A DNA stretch of 64,000 nucleotides from Candidatus Micrarchaeota archaeon. Lineage in GTDB: Archaea > Micrarchaeota > Micrarchaeia > Micrarchaeales > CABMGC01. Made by a program: the position numbers and the translations under genes. This document shows, piece by piece, positions 28,646 through 37,317 of the stretch (within the stretch, counting starts at the first letter, position 1; each line of letters begins with the position of its first letter). The stretch is from positions 53,598 to 117,597 of the forward strand of contig JAGWGW010000001.1 in assembly GCA_028867135.1 (NCBI GenBank). The letters run 5' to 3'. The notes under the pieces were generated by a model. The model was not told the DNA's origin and did not search any database. It saw only the letters and a program-made list of their open reading frames with translations.

Positions 28646-30292
28646 CTATGGCCTGAGCATCTGCTCCAGTATTCCCAAGACTGCAACGTGGCGTATTCCT
28701 GGCACTCCGCTGTTATCCACCGCGCGAGAAGCGAATTCCTGACCGTCCACATTTACTTTTGCCGAGACGGATATTGTTGTCTCAAAGTCTATCTTCGGCC
28801 ATCCGAAGACCTGCGACGCTATCCCGTACATGTACGAAGCCATGTTGGGGTTTTGGCTTAAAAAGCCAAAGGCGGCTTCCCTCACCCTGGTCCATTTGCC
28901 TGTCTCTGCCTTCGGCTCGAATAGTATCGTGAATAGGTCTATCTCGTTCAGCTTGCCGGTATTGAGCCTTTTGATTATCTCGGCTTCTATCCTATCCGTC
29001 ATACCGCCGTTCCTTGTGGCAAGCTTTATCAGCCTGGAAAAGTCGCCATTGACCAAGTTGCCGGGGCTGTCTGACTCGAGTGCTTTATGGGCATTGGCAT
29101 ATCTCTGCATCTTAAGTATCGAATTGGTCTCGTTCCTTACTGCGAGTTCCCTTATGTTTATCTGCTCGCTGATAGCTTCGAGCTCCCCTTTTGTCATGAC
29201 TTCGTCTCCGGTTATTGCTGCTACGATCTGCCTGTGGTTGATTATGTCTGAATAGCGGCGTATCGGGGAGGTGAACCTAAGGTAACCGTTGGGCGGTCTT
29301 ATGCCAAGGGCATAGTGCCCCACGTTTTCCGGAGAGTTGTAGGCCCTTTCGAACATATTGGCGACCCTTTTGCGCAGCATCTTGATCTCCAGCCTGCTCG
29401 GAGAGTCTGTTGCATCGCTGAGCTTGTCAAGCTCCTCGAGTATCCTGGCGACATCAGGCTCTGGCGGTATGGCCTTGTGGTTCCTGTAGAGCGCGTATGC
29501 GCCCTTCTCTGCAAGGAATGATGCGACAGCAGTATTTGTGAGTATCATGAATTCTTGGATTATGAGTTTGGAGACGCTCCTTCTGTGCGGGTCAAGCCCG
29601 ATTATGGTTCCGTCCTCGTTGGTCATTATGCCGCTCAGGAGGTCGAAGTATGCCATGGCGCCTTCGGACCTTCTTTTTTCCATAAGGCCCTGGGCGAGCA
29701 CGCTCGCGACTTTGAAAAGCTCTCCGAGACTGTGCGTCTGTCCGTCGACTATGGCGTCTACCTTGTCGTATGTGAACCTTTTGAGGCTACGCAGGGCGGT
29801 GCGCTCTATTTCTACCTTTTCAAGATCAAGGTTCCGGCTAAGGGTCATTGACACCGTGATTGTGGGCCTGAGTCGGGCTTCCTTAAGGCTCAAGAGGTTC
29901 TCCGAAAGCCTGTGCGGTATCATCGGGTCGCTGCCCGTATTGTAGTACAGGGATGCACTTCTTGCCAAAGCTTCGTTGTCTATCGCAGAGCCCTTTGGTA
30001 TTACGGAGGTGACGTCAGCAATGCTGACGTCTATCCTGTACCTTCCTTTGTTTAGCTTCTCGACCCAGATCGCATCGTCAAGGTCCTTTGATATGCTCTT
30101 GTCTATGGTTACGCCTTTGACGCGCCTGCGCCCCGCAAAGAGCGTCCTTGTAAGCGCTATCGATTCTGAGTCCCTGAGGACCTCTTCAGGAAAAGGCATG
30201 TTCCTTTTGACAAGCACCAGAGGAGTCGGAGCACGCGGTATGGACGATATCCCGTTTCCGTTGGTTGCAGCTTGTACCCGCTCTGCGTGCAT
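28646..30292 (-). CDS. RNB-domain 3'-5' exoribonuclease (RNase II/R family), minimal form
   Basis: TIDKSISKDLDDAIWVE, IQEFMILTN and GHYALG...YLRFTSPIRRYSDIINHRQ. There are no recognisable N-terminal cold-shock domains or C-terminal S1 domain. Confidence 0.8.
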   Translation of the reverse strand: MHAERVQAATNGNGISSIPRAPTPLVLVKRNMPFPEEVLRDSESIALTRTLFAGRRRVKGVTIDKSISKDLDDAIWVEKLNKGRYRIDVSIADVTSVIPKGSAIDNEALARSASLYYNTGSDPMIPHRLSENLLSLKEARLRPTITVSMTLSRNLDLEKVEIERTALRSLKRFTYDKVDAIVDGQTHSLGELFKVASVLAQGLMEKRRSEGAMAYFDLLSGIMTNEDGTIIGLDPHRRSVSKLIIQEFMILTNTAVASFLAEKGAYALYRNHKAIPPEPDVARILEELDKLSDATDSPSRLEIKMLRKRVANMFERAYNSPENVGHYALGIRPPNGYLRFTSPIRRYSDIINHRQIVAAITGDEVMTKGELEAISEQINIRELAVRNETNSILKMQRYANAHKALESDSPGNLVNGDFSRLIKLATRNGGMTDRIEAEIIKRLNTGKLNEIDLFTILFEPKAETGKWTRVREAAFGFLSQNPNMASYMYGIASQVFGWPKIDFETTISVSAKVNVDGQEFASRAVDNSGVPGIRHVAVLGILEQMLRP

Positions 30293-30325
30293 ACCGTATC
30301 TCCCTTTTCACCAATATAAACTTTG

Positions 30326-31198
30326 CTATGATGTTGGAGCTGCGTATCCGCTCTGCCAGCTTGAGCTCCAGATTACGTTCGTCGGAATCCCGTGGTTGTT
30401 GTTTCCCGAGTAGTCGTTCGCATCGCCATTGAGGGGCCACCATCCTACAAGATGCTGCAGGTCTACAGGAGCGCCGCCTATTCCTTTGGCGTATGTGGAT
30501 TTTACCGTTGTTGAATCGAGAGAGGCGTTGTACAGCTGCACATCGGCCAACATGATCGAGTTATAGCCATTTGCACCTCCCTGGAACTGGATATGTGCTG
30601 TGGCTGTTGCTAGGGTGTTTGATCCTATGTTGGTGCTCACCTTCTGCACGCCGTTTACGTATATCAGCAGATTGGTCCCATCGAAAACAAAGGAGTAATG
30701 CTGCCACCCCGCTGGAAATGGCCCGGATACGGTTGTAGCGTGCGTTATCCCTGAGCTGTCCCTTGTCCTGAACGCCAGGTAGTCGCTGCTCGCACTGCCG
30801 AAATACGAGTCGAATTCGCTGCCGGCGCCTCCTGCGTTGCCCTGCGTCACAACGCTTATGTATGATCCTCCGCTCCATCCTGATGGCAGATCTGCCCAGA
30901 CCAAGACTGTGAAAGGGCCCTTGGGTCCTGCCGCAGCTGAGACGTTTACATAGCTACCCTGTGCATTGAACTTTGCAACAAACTTTGGGACGAGGTTGCT
31001 GCACTGTCCAGCGAGGCTCGTCTGCGCAGCGGTCCTTATCACTTGGCACGCCACGGAAGAGCCACTCGGGGAGAAGCTGCCGAGGTTGAATATCCCGAGC
31101 GAATAGAGCGATACCATGACTATTGCAATCGCGAGGATGGCCCACCCATAAGTCATCAGGTATTCCATCGCCGACTGCGATCTGCAACTACAGCGCAT
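30326..31198 (-). CDS. type IV pilin-like LamG domain protein, paralog 3
   Basis: MRCSCRS|QSAMEYLMTYGWAILAIAIVMVSLYSLGIF, CQVIRTAAQTSLAGQC, and the tail WWPLNGDANDYSGNNNHG. The ATG shares one nucleotide with the TGA of the upstream aminotransferase gene (TGATG). Confidence 0.8.
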   Translation of the reverse strand: MRCSCRSQSAMEYLMTYGWAILAIAIVMVSLYSLGIFNLGSFSPSGSSVACQVIRTAAQTSLAGQCSNLVPKFVAKFNAQGSYVNVSAAAGPKGPFTVLVWADLPSGWSGGSYISVVTQGNAGGAGSEFDSYFGSASSDYLAFRTRDSSGITHATTVSGPFPAGWQHYSFVFDGTNLLIYVNGVQKVSTNIGSNTLATATAHIQFQGGANGYNSIMLADVQLYNASLDSTTVKSTYAKGIGGAPVDLQHLVGWWPLNGDANDYSGNNNHGIPTNVIWSSSWQSGYAAPTS

Positions 31199-32526
31199 CA
31201 ACCAACCTTCAGTTGCCTGTTTATCTTGCTTATTGAGCCATCGATGACATCCATGCCTTTCTCTATGTTTGCCATCGACATGGTTATCGGGGGTATTATC
31301 CGTATGGTCGATACTCCTGAAGGCAGAAGCACGAGGAAGTTGTTGAAGCATTCCTCCATTATCTTGTTCCTTTCCTTTGCTGCCGGCTCCTTTGACTTTC
31401 TGTCCCTTACGAACTCTACCCCTATCATCATGCCCATGCCCCTGACGTCGCCTATGATCTCGTAGCTATCCTTCATCTTGTTGAGCCTCTTCATTATGTA
31501 CGCTCCTTTCGTCTTCGCGTCGCTTTCAAGCTTCGACTTGTTCTTCTGTATGTAATTGAGGAGTTCGTTTGCAGCTGCGACTGATACAAGATTGCCCCCG
31601 AAAGTGTTGGAATGCGCACCTGGTGGCGTGTCGCCCAATGACTTCCTTGTCACAGTTATCCCTATCGGAAGGCCTGCTCCGGCTGCTTTCGCCATCGTGT
31701 ACATGTCTGCCTCTACCCCGAAATTGTCAAGCGCAAGGAACTTTCCTGCCCTGAAGTATCCTGATTGCACTTCGTCAGCGACCATCAGGAACCCGTTGTC
31801 GCTGGCTATCTCCCTTATCCCTTTGACGAATTCCTTCGGAGGCACGATGTACCCGCCTTCTCCCTGTATGGGCTCCATGAATATCGCCGCTACCTCTTTT
31901 GGCGATACCTCCTTGCTCAGTGGGTATTTCCTTATGTAATCTACGCACTCAATGCCGCATGACGGATACTCCTTGCCGAAGGGGCACCTGTAGCAGTATG
32001 CGTATGGTACATGTATGGCAGAGTTGAACGGCCCGAAATGCTCGCGCTGCGCAAGCTTCGACGACGTGAGAGACAGGGAACCGAGGGTCCTGCCGTGGAA
32101 CGAGTTGTAGAATGCAAGTATGTACTGCTTCTTTGTGAATATCCTGGAGAATTTTATCGCTGCCTCGTTCGCCTCTGAGCCCGAATTCGAGAAAAACACC
32201 CTCCCGAAGCCCTTTGGAAACATCTTTACGAGGTTCTCGGAGAATGTCACTGGAAGCTCTGCGTAGAAGTCTGTGAAAGCGGCGTGCATCAGCTTGTCTA
32301 TCTGCGCCTTTACGGCGTTCCTGACCTCTTTGCTGCTGTTCACACCGAAGTTGTAGACGGATATGAATGTTGCGAAATCGAGGAACCTGTTGCCCTCTAT
32401 GTCGGTTATGTAGTCGCCGTCACCCGAGACTGATACCAGCGGGTGCTCCCCCTTTGTCGTGGTGAGCATGACCTCTTTGTCCCTTCTTATCACAGCCCTT
32501 ATCTTTTTGCCGATCTTGAATCCCAT
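31198..32526 (-). CDS. class III PLP aminotransferase (acetylornithine / 4-aminobutyrate / diaminobutyrate family)
   Basis: 442 aa with GSEANE, DEVQSG and T.AK...GLP patterns. The substrate cannot be assigned by eye. Confidence 0.85.
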   Translation of the reverse strand: MGFKIGKKIRAVIRRDKEVMLTTTKGEHPLVSVSGDGDYITDIEGNRFLDFATFISVYNFGVNSSKEVRNAVKAQIDKLMHAAFTDFYAELPVTFSENLVKMFPKGFGRVFFSNSGSEANEAAIKFSRIFTKKQYILAFYNSFHGRTLGSLSLTSSKLAQREHFGPFNSAIHVPYAYCYRCPFGKEYPSCGIECVDYIRKYPLSKEVSPKEVAAIFMEPIQGEGGYIVPPKEFVKGIREIASDNGFLMVADEVQSGYFRAGKFLALDNFGVEADMYTMAKAAGAGLPIGITVTRKSLGDTPPGAHSNTFGGNLVSVAAANELLNYIQKNKSKLESDAKTKGAYIMKRLNKMKDSYEIIGDVRGMGMMIGVEFVRDRKSKEPAAKERNKIMEECFNNFLVLLPSGVSTIRIIPPITMSMANIEKGMDVIDGSISKINRQLKVG

Positions 32527-32558
32527 ACTACCAACAGAATGGATGTGTCGCTTGATAA

Positions 32559-33758
32559 TTATAAATCTTCTAAGAGTTTCTCTATCGCCTTCTTCACGAC
32601 CTTTTCCTTGCTTTCCTCTGACGCGAAGGCCTCGAAGAGCTCAGCGGGGCTGGTCTTGAGCCCGTATTTCTTCTGCTGCAGCTTCTCCATGAATACGGAC
32701 ATGCCCAGGTCCTTTACCGATACGCCGTCAGCCGCGTTAGACTTGCGTGCAGCATCCAGCTGTATGTCGGCTCCGTCCATGCCCTTGTCTGATATCTCGA
32801 CTGTTGCCCTGTCCCTGAACTTCTTCGGTATGCCGTGCAGCTGCATGTCCATCTTCTTGAATCCGTCGCTTATCCTGCCTTCCAGAACTATCCTGATTAT
32901 CGGCTTGCTGGCCTCTTTTGCAAGTATGCCGGATATGCTGCGCTCTATGGCCTCTGCGGCTTCTGTGGGTTTCTTCCCGTCTATGTCTATTCTTGCGACT
33001 ACGAGCTTCCTTGAGCTTATTGTGTTGAACGAGTGCTGTTTTGTTTTTGTATCATACACGTAGAATCCCTTTGCCTCCTGCTCGTTGTCCTTGAGCTGCG
33101 TGAGGACAGTGCTTCCGGGAATCAGCAATGTGGATCCGTGTATTCTGCCTTCGTACCTGCTGTGTATGTGGCCGTTGACATACAGGTCAAAGCCTTTCGG
33201 GAACTCGTCAAAGGTTATGAAGTCCTTGCTGAAAGGGAGCAACTCGTAGATCGACTGGTGGAACATGAGTATGTTGAATGCGCCAGGCTCTGGTTTTGGA
33301 TCCCTCTCGGCTACTATCTTCCTGAAGCGCTCTTCTGATATCCCGCCAAGGCCGCAGACGGATACCTTCTCATCGCCTTTTGCTATCAGCGCGGTTGAGT
33401 CGCTGACGTCTATCAGCAGCCCTGCAAGGTGCAGCAGGTCTACGGGATCCTCCGCATCCTGGGCCCTTCTTTCATGCGTGCCCGGTATTGCTATGATCGG
33501 TACGTTCGTGTACGCCTCGCTGCCTTTCACTATGCTTGCCTTTGCGGCCCAGTTCCTTTCCGACAGCTCCCGGAAGAGGTTGATGGCCTCGGCAAGCACG
33601 TCGGGCTTTGGGTTCCTGCTGTCGAAGATGTCCCCCGGTATCAGCATCGCGTCGGAAACGCTCGCCGCGTCCTCGAGTGCCTCCTTTGCCTGCCTGAACG
33701 CATCCTCCCTGAACCTCTCGTATCCAAGATGGAAGTCCGAGAGTATCGCTATCCTCAT
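32559..33758 (-). CDS. Mre11/SbcD-type metallophosphoesterase
   Basis: Motifs in order: DFHLG, GDIFD, GTHE (a variant of GNHD), MFHQ, NGHIH. The start overlaps the orc1/cdc6 stop (ATGA). No rad50 is adjacent. Confidence 0.62.
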   Translation of the reverse strand: MRIAILSDFHLGYERFREDAFRQAKEALEDAASVSDAMLIPGDIFDSRNPKPDVLAEAINLFRELSERNWAAKASIVKGSEAYTNVPIIAIPGTHERRAQDAEDPVDLLHLAGLLIDVSDSTALIAKGDEKVSVCGLGGISEERFRKIVAERDPKPEPGAFNILMFHQSIYELLPFSKDFITFDEFPKGFDLYVNGHIHSRYEGRIHGSTLLIPGSTVLTQLKDNEQEAKGFYVYDTKTKQHSFNTISSRKLVVARIDIDGKKPTEAAEAIERSISGILAKEASKPIIRIVLEGRISDGFKKMDMQLHGIPKKFRDRATVEISDKGMDGADIQLDAARKSNAADGVSVKDLGMSVFMEKLQQKKYGLKTSPAELFEAFASEESKEKVVKKAIEKLLEDL

Positions 33759-34972
33759 TTGCCCACTTCCGCTTCGCTCTCCATCAGCAGTGTCTTTTCT
33801 ATCGTATCTTTCATCTTTTCCGGCGGGTACGCAAGCCTTATCAGCTTCGTGTGCCCCCTTATGCCCTTCCCTGATTCGTACGTGAGGATCAGCCCCTGCA
33901 TCTCAAGGTCCGTGATGTACTTCCTGTACCATCTGGAGCTTTTTGGCTCCTTCTGCAGTGACTGGCTTATCTGCGAATACTTGTTGTAGACATCGCCGCT
34001 GAATAGGTAGGTGTCTGCGCCCTCGCTGAGCCTCTTGTACCTGCTGCCCTGTATAGAAAGCATCGATATTGCGTATATGATGAGCTTCTGGTGCTCTGGA
34101 AGCGTATTGACAAGCTCGTATGCTATCTCCTCCTCCGCGTACTTCGACGCATCGCTGACCTCCTTCGTCGTTACAGAATCGAGCCCGTGCTCGTCAGAGA
34201 TCTCGCCGGCCTTGGACAGTATCTTCAGCGCCAGCCTTGCGTCGCCGCTGTCCTTTGCAGCTATGGCAGCAGCAAGGTTTATCGCAGACTGGTCTATTGC
34301 TCCCTTCTTGAAGCCCTTCTCGGCCCTGTCCTTCAGTATCGCTGCAAGCTCGTTGGAGTTGTACGGCGGGAATACCAGTTCGTTCTCGTACAGCGTTGAC
34401 AGGCTCCTGGGATCGAGGACATCCTTGAAGGATATCTTGTTGGATATGCCGACTATGGTTATGCCGCCTGATTTTATGTCCGTGTTTGCCCTAGTCAGCG
34501 TGTATACGAGGTCGTCGAGGTCCTTGACCACGTCTATCTCGTCGAGCACGACGACGAGCACCTTCGCGTCCTCCTCTATCCAGCTTATCACCTTCTCGTA
34601 TATGTCAACGATCCCGTACCCCTTCCTCGCATACAGCGGCAGATACTCGCTGATTATCTTGTGCAGCACCCTGTACCTCGAGTTGTGTATCCTGCAGTTG
34701 ATGTAGATTATCTTCGCCTTTACAACAGGCAGCGTTCTTATCTTGTCTATTATGTACTTCATGCACGACGTCTTCCCTGTTCCGGTCTTGCCGTAGATGA
34801 AAAGGTTCCTGCCCCTCTCCCCCCTGAGCGAAGGATTGAGCGACTTCACTATGTCGTCTATCTGCTTGTCCCTGAAAAGGAGGTTGGCGGGTACGAAATG
34901 CGGCGACAGCACCTCCCTATTCATGAAGATCTTTGATTCCTTGAAAAGTGAAGAAAAAGGCTCAGCAGACAT
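33755..34972 (-). CDS. orc1: Orc1/Cdc6 replication initiator
   Basis: Walker A GKTGTGKTS, Walker B VVVLDEID, sensor regions and a C-terminal winged helix. Confidence 0.92.
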   Translation of the reverse strand: MSAEPFSSLFKESKIFMNREVLSPHFVPANLLFRDKQIDDIVKSLNPSLRGERGRNLFIYGKTGTGKTSCMKYIIDKIRTLPVVKAKIIYINCRIHNSRYRVLHKIISEYLPLYARKGYGIVDIYEKVISWIEEDAKVLVVVLDEIDVVKDLDDLVYTLTRANTDIKSGGITIVGISNKISFKDVLDPRSLSTLYENELVFPPYNSNELAAILKDRAEKGFKKGAIDQSAINLAAAIAAKDSGDARLALKILSKAGEISDEHGLDSVTTKEVSDASKYAEEEIAYELVNTLPEHQKLIIYAISMLSIQGSRYKRLSEGADTYLFSGDVYNKYSQISQSLQKEPKSSRWYRKYITDLEMQGLILTYESGKGIRGHTKLIRLAYPPEKMKDTIEKTLLMESEAEVGK

Positions 34973-34986
34973 ACAAAAACACCGCT

Positions 34987-35778
34987 CTATCCACCTATCT
35001 TCTTTACAATACTTATAAACTCTTCCCTAATCCTGCTGTCTTCAAGGACAGGTACCATGCCCTTGTCGCTCAATTCGGCGAATTTCCTGTCCAGCGCTAT
35101 GCTTCCGAGGAGTTCGCACTGCAGCGATTCGGCAACCTCCCTTGCGCCCTTTGCATCGCCTTCTGACATGTTCTCTATCACGCCGAGCAGCGACACGCCG
35201 AGCCTTTTTGCCATCATTCCCGATCTTATTGTGTTGATGGCCGCTATGTGCTGCGGCGTTGTTACAAGTACAAAGCCGTCAAGGTCAAGGAGCTGGATTA
35301 TCGACAGCGGCGCATCCGAGCTTCCGGGAGGAAGATCGAGTATGAGGTAGTCTAGGGTTCCCCATTCCGTGCTGTCCAGGAACTCGAGAACCATCTTGCC
35401 TATCATGGGCCCTCTCCATATTATCGGCTTCCTTGCATCGTCAACGAACATCGCGGTTGAAATCACCTTGACTCCGTTCTTCTCTGCAGGCTTGAGAGGA
35501 TAGTGCTGGTCCCACATCCCTTCCATCCCAAGGAAAAGGGTGATGTTCGGAGTGTCTATGTCGGCATCGAGGAGCCCCACCTTGTAACCCATGCCGTTGA
35601 GCGCATACGCCATGTTGACTGCCACGGTGGTCTTGCCGACCCCTCCCTTGGCGCTGTACACCCCTATCTTGTGCTTGATCGCAGACAGCTTCGCCCTTAT
35701 CGCCTTCTTCTGCTCTATGACCCTGAGTATCGATGGATGCATCTTCATGTTGTTCGTTTCTTCCTGCCCATCAGCCAT
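34987..35778 (-). CDS. Mrp/NBP35/ApbC-family Fe-S cluster carrier ATPase
   Basis: Deviant Walker A SAKGGVGKTT and DLPPG. Confidence 0.85.
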   Translation of the reverse strand: MADGQEETNNMKMHPSILRVIEQKKAIRAKLSAIKHKIGVYSAKGGVGKTTVAVNMAYALNGMGYKVGLLDADIDTPNITLFLGMEGMWDQHYPLKPAEKNGVKVISTAMFVDDARKPIIWRGPMIGKMVLEFLDSTEWGTLDYLILDLPPGSSDAPLSIIQLLDLDGFVLVTTPQHIAAINTIRSGMMAKRLGVSLLGVIENMSEGDAKGAREVAESLQCELLGSIALDRKFAELSDKGMVPVLEDSRIREEFISIVKKIGG

Positions 35779-35905
35779 AGAATCCCCAGCAAAAGCAGTA
35801 GATATTACCGCTTTGCCTATTAATAGATTTGCGTAGGACTGAAAAGCAAAACTATATAATTATAAGTAACGATATATCAAGCATCTTCTGCTTAAAGTGA
35901 ATGTT

Positions 35906-36601
35906 ATGTATCCAAACGTACAGGCATATGACAGAGGGGTAATGTTCAACCCTGATGGGAGGCTGTTCCAGGTAGAGTATGCAAAGGAAGCGGTAAGGAA
36001 GGGAGCCACGTCCATAGGGCTCATAGGCAAGGACTGCGTCGTATTCGTGGCGCACAAGAACATCACCGAGCAGCTGGCGGTTTCGTCGACCATCCAGAAG
36101 GTCTTCAAGATAGACTCGCACATAGGGGCTACTTACAGCGGAATGGTCGCGGACGGCTTGCACATCATAGACACTGCCAGGTCAAGCTCGCAGAACCACA
36201 GGCTGGTTTACGACGACGTCAAGTCCGTAGAGGCGCTTGCCAAGGGCATCTCGGCCTACATGATGCAGGCGACCCAGTACGGGGGCCTGAGGCCTTATGC
36301 TGTTTCAATGCTTCTCGGGGGCATAGATTCCGGGCCAAGGCTCTTCGAGATAGAGCCGGGAGCCTCGTTCCTCGGGTACAAGGCTGACGCCATAGGGGCG
36401 GGGAAGAAGGTCGCAACCGAGATACTGCTAAAAGAGTACAAGGACAACATGTCGGTTGATGAGGCCATAGGCCTGGGGGCGAAGATCATAAAGAAGGTCA
36501 GCGAGATGAAGCTCACAGAGGACAATGTCGACATAGGCTACATACAGGACGGGAACGAGTTCACGATACTGACTCCTGACAAGCTCGCCAGCTACCTGTG
36601 A
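35906..36601 (+). CDS. psmA: proteasome alpha subunit
   Basis: YDRGVMFNPDGRLFQVEYAKEAV. I prefer the ATG at 35906 over the GTG at 35897. Confidence 0.93.
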   Translation: MYPNVQAYDRGVMFNPDGRLFQVEYAKEAVRKGATSIGLIGKDCVVFVAHKNITEQLAVSSTIQKVFKIDSHIGATYSGMVADGLHIIDTARSSSQNHRLVYDDVKSVEALAKGISAYMMQATQYGGLRPYAVSMLLGGIDSGPRLFEIEPGASFLGYKADAIGAGKKVATEILLKEYKDNMSVDEAIGLGAKIIKKVSEMKLTEDNVDIGYIQDGNEFTILTPDKLASYL

Positions 36602-36631
36602 CGTTCAATTGTTCAATTCTTGTGGATTTAG

Positions 36632-37312
36632 ATGTCTAAAACGGTTATCGCCAAGTATTCTGTAGGAGGGGACACGTTCGAGATTTTCGTAGACTCGGAC
36701 ATGGCGTATGATTACATAACGGGGAAGAGGAGCGACCCGATGGGGCCCCTGCAGGCAGAAGAGGTCTTCGTCGACGCTAACAAGGGGGAGAGGGCCAGCC
36801 AGGACAAGATAAAGAAGGTCTTCGGGACTACCGATATTGCGAAGATAGCGGAGACGATAATGAAGAAGGGCACTGTACCGGTAACAACCGAACAGAAGGC
36901 TAAGATGATGGAGGAGAAGAGGAGGCAGATAGTTGCGATAATAGCAAGGAACTCGATAGACCCGAGGACCAACGCGCCGCACCCTCCGCAGAGGATAGAG
37001 AACGCAATGCACGAGGCGAAGGTGGCTGTAGAGCCGTTTAAGAATGCCAACGAGCAGGTCGAGTCAGTGCTAAAGAAGATAAATGTTATCCTACCAATAA
37101 AGTTTGCTACAGCGAAGATAGAGGTCACCATACCTGCAGAATATGCTAATAGGTGCTATGGACTGCTAAAGCAGTACGGACTGAGGAGCGAGGAGTGGCT
37201 TTCAAACGGATCTTTAAAGGCAAACCTTGAATTCCCCGCAGGCTTGCAGGGAGAATTCTTCGAGAAGCTAAACAGCTTCACAAAAGGCAGCGCGATTGCA
37301 AGGAATCTGTGA
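36632..37312 (+). CDS. SBDS/Sdo1 ribosome maturation protein
   Basis: Its length and its position between psmA and rrp4 fit the conserved archaeal exosome superoperon. The N-terminal FYSH-like segment is also consistent. Confidence 0.82.
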   Translation: MSKTVIAKYSVGGDTFEIFVDSDMAYDYITGKRSDPMGPLQAEEVFVDANKGERASQDKIKKVFGTTDIAKIAETIMKKGTVPVTTEQKAKMMEEKRRQIVAIIARNSIDPRTNAPHPPQRIENAMHEAKVAVEPFKNANEQVESVLKKINVILPIKFATAKIEVTIPAEYANRCYGLLKQYGLRSEEWLSNGSLKANLEFPAGLQGEFFEKLNSFTKGSAIARNL

Positions 37313-37317
37313 TAAGA

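Noticed and set aside
34973-35905. Replication origin (ORB repeats, A/T-rich unwinding element) next to orc1/cdc6.
   Set aside because: Only 14 nt separate orc1 from the mrp gene. The next intergenic region (35779-35905) shows ordinary divergent-promoter A/T boxes and no repeated ORB-like elements that I could find.
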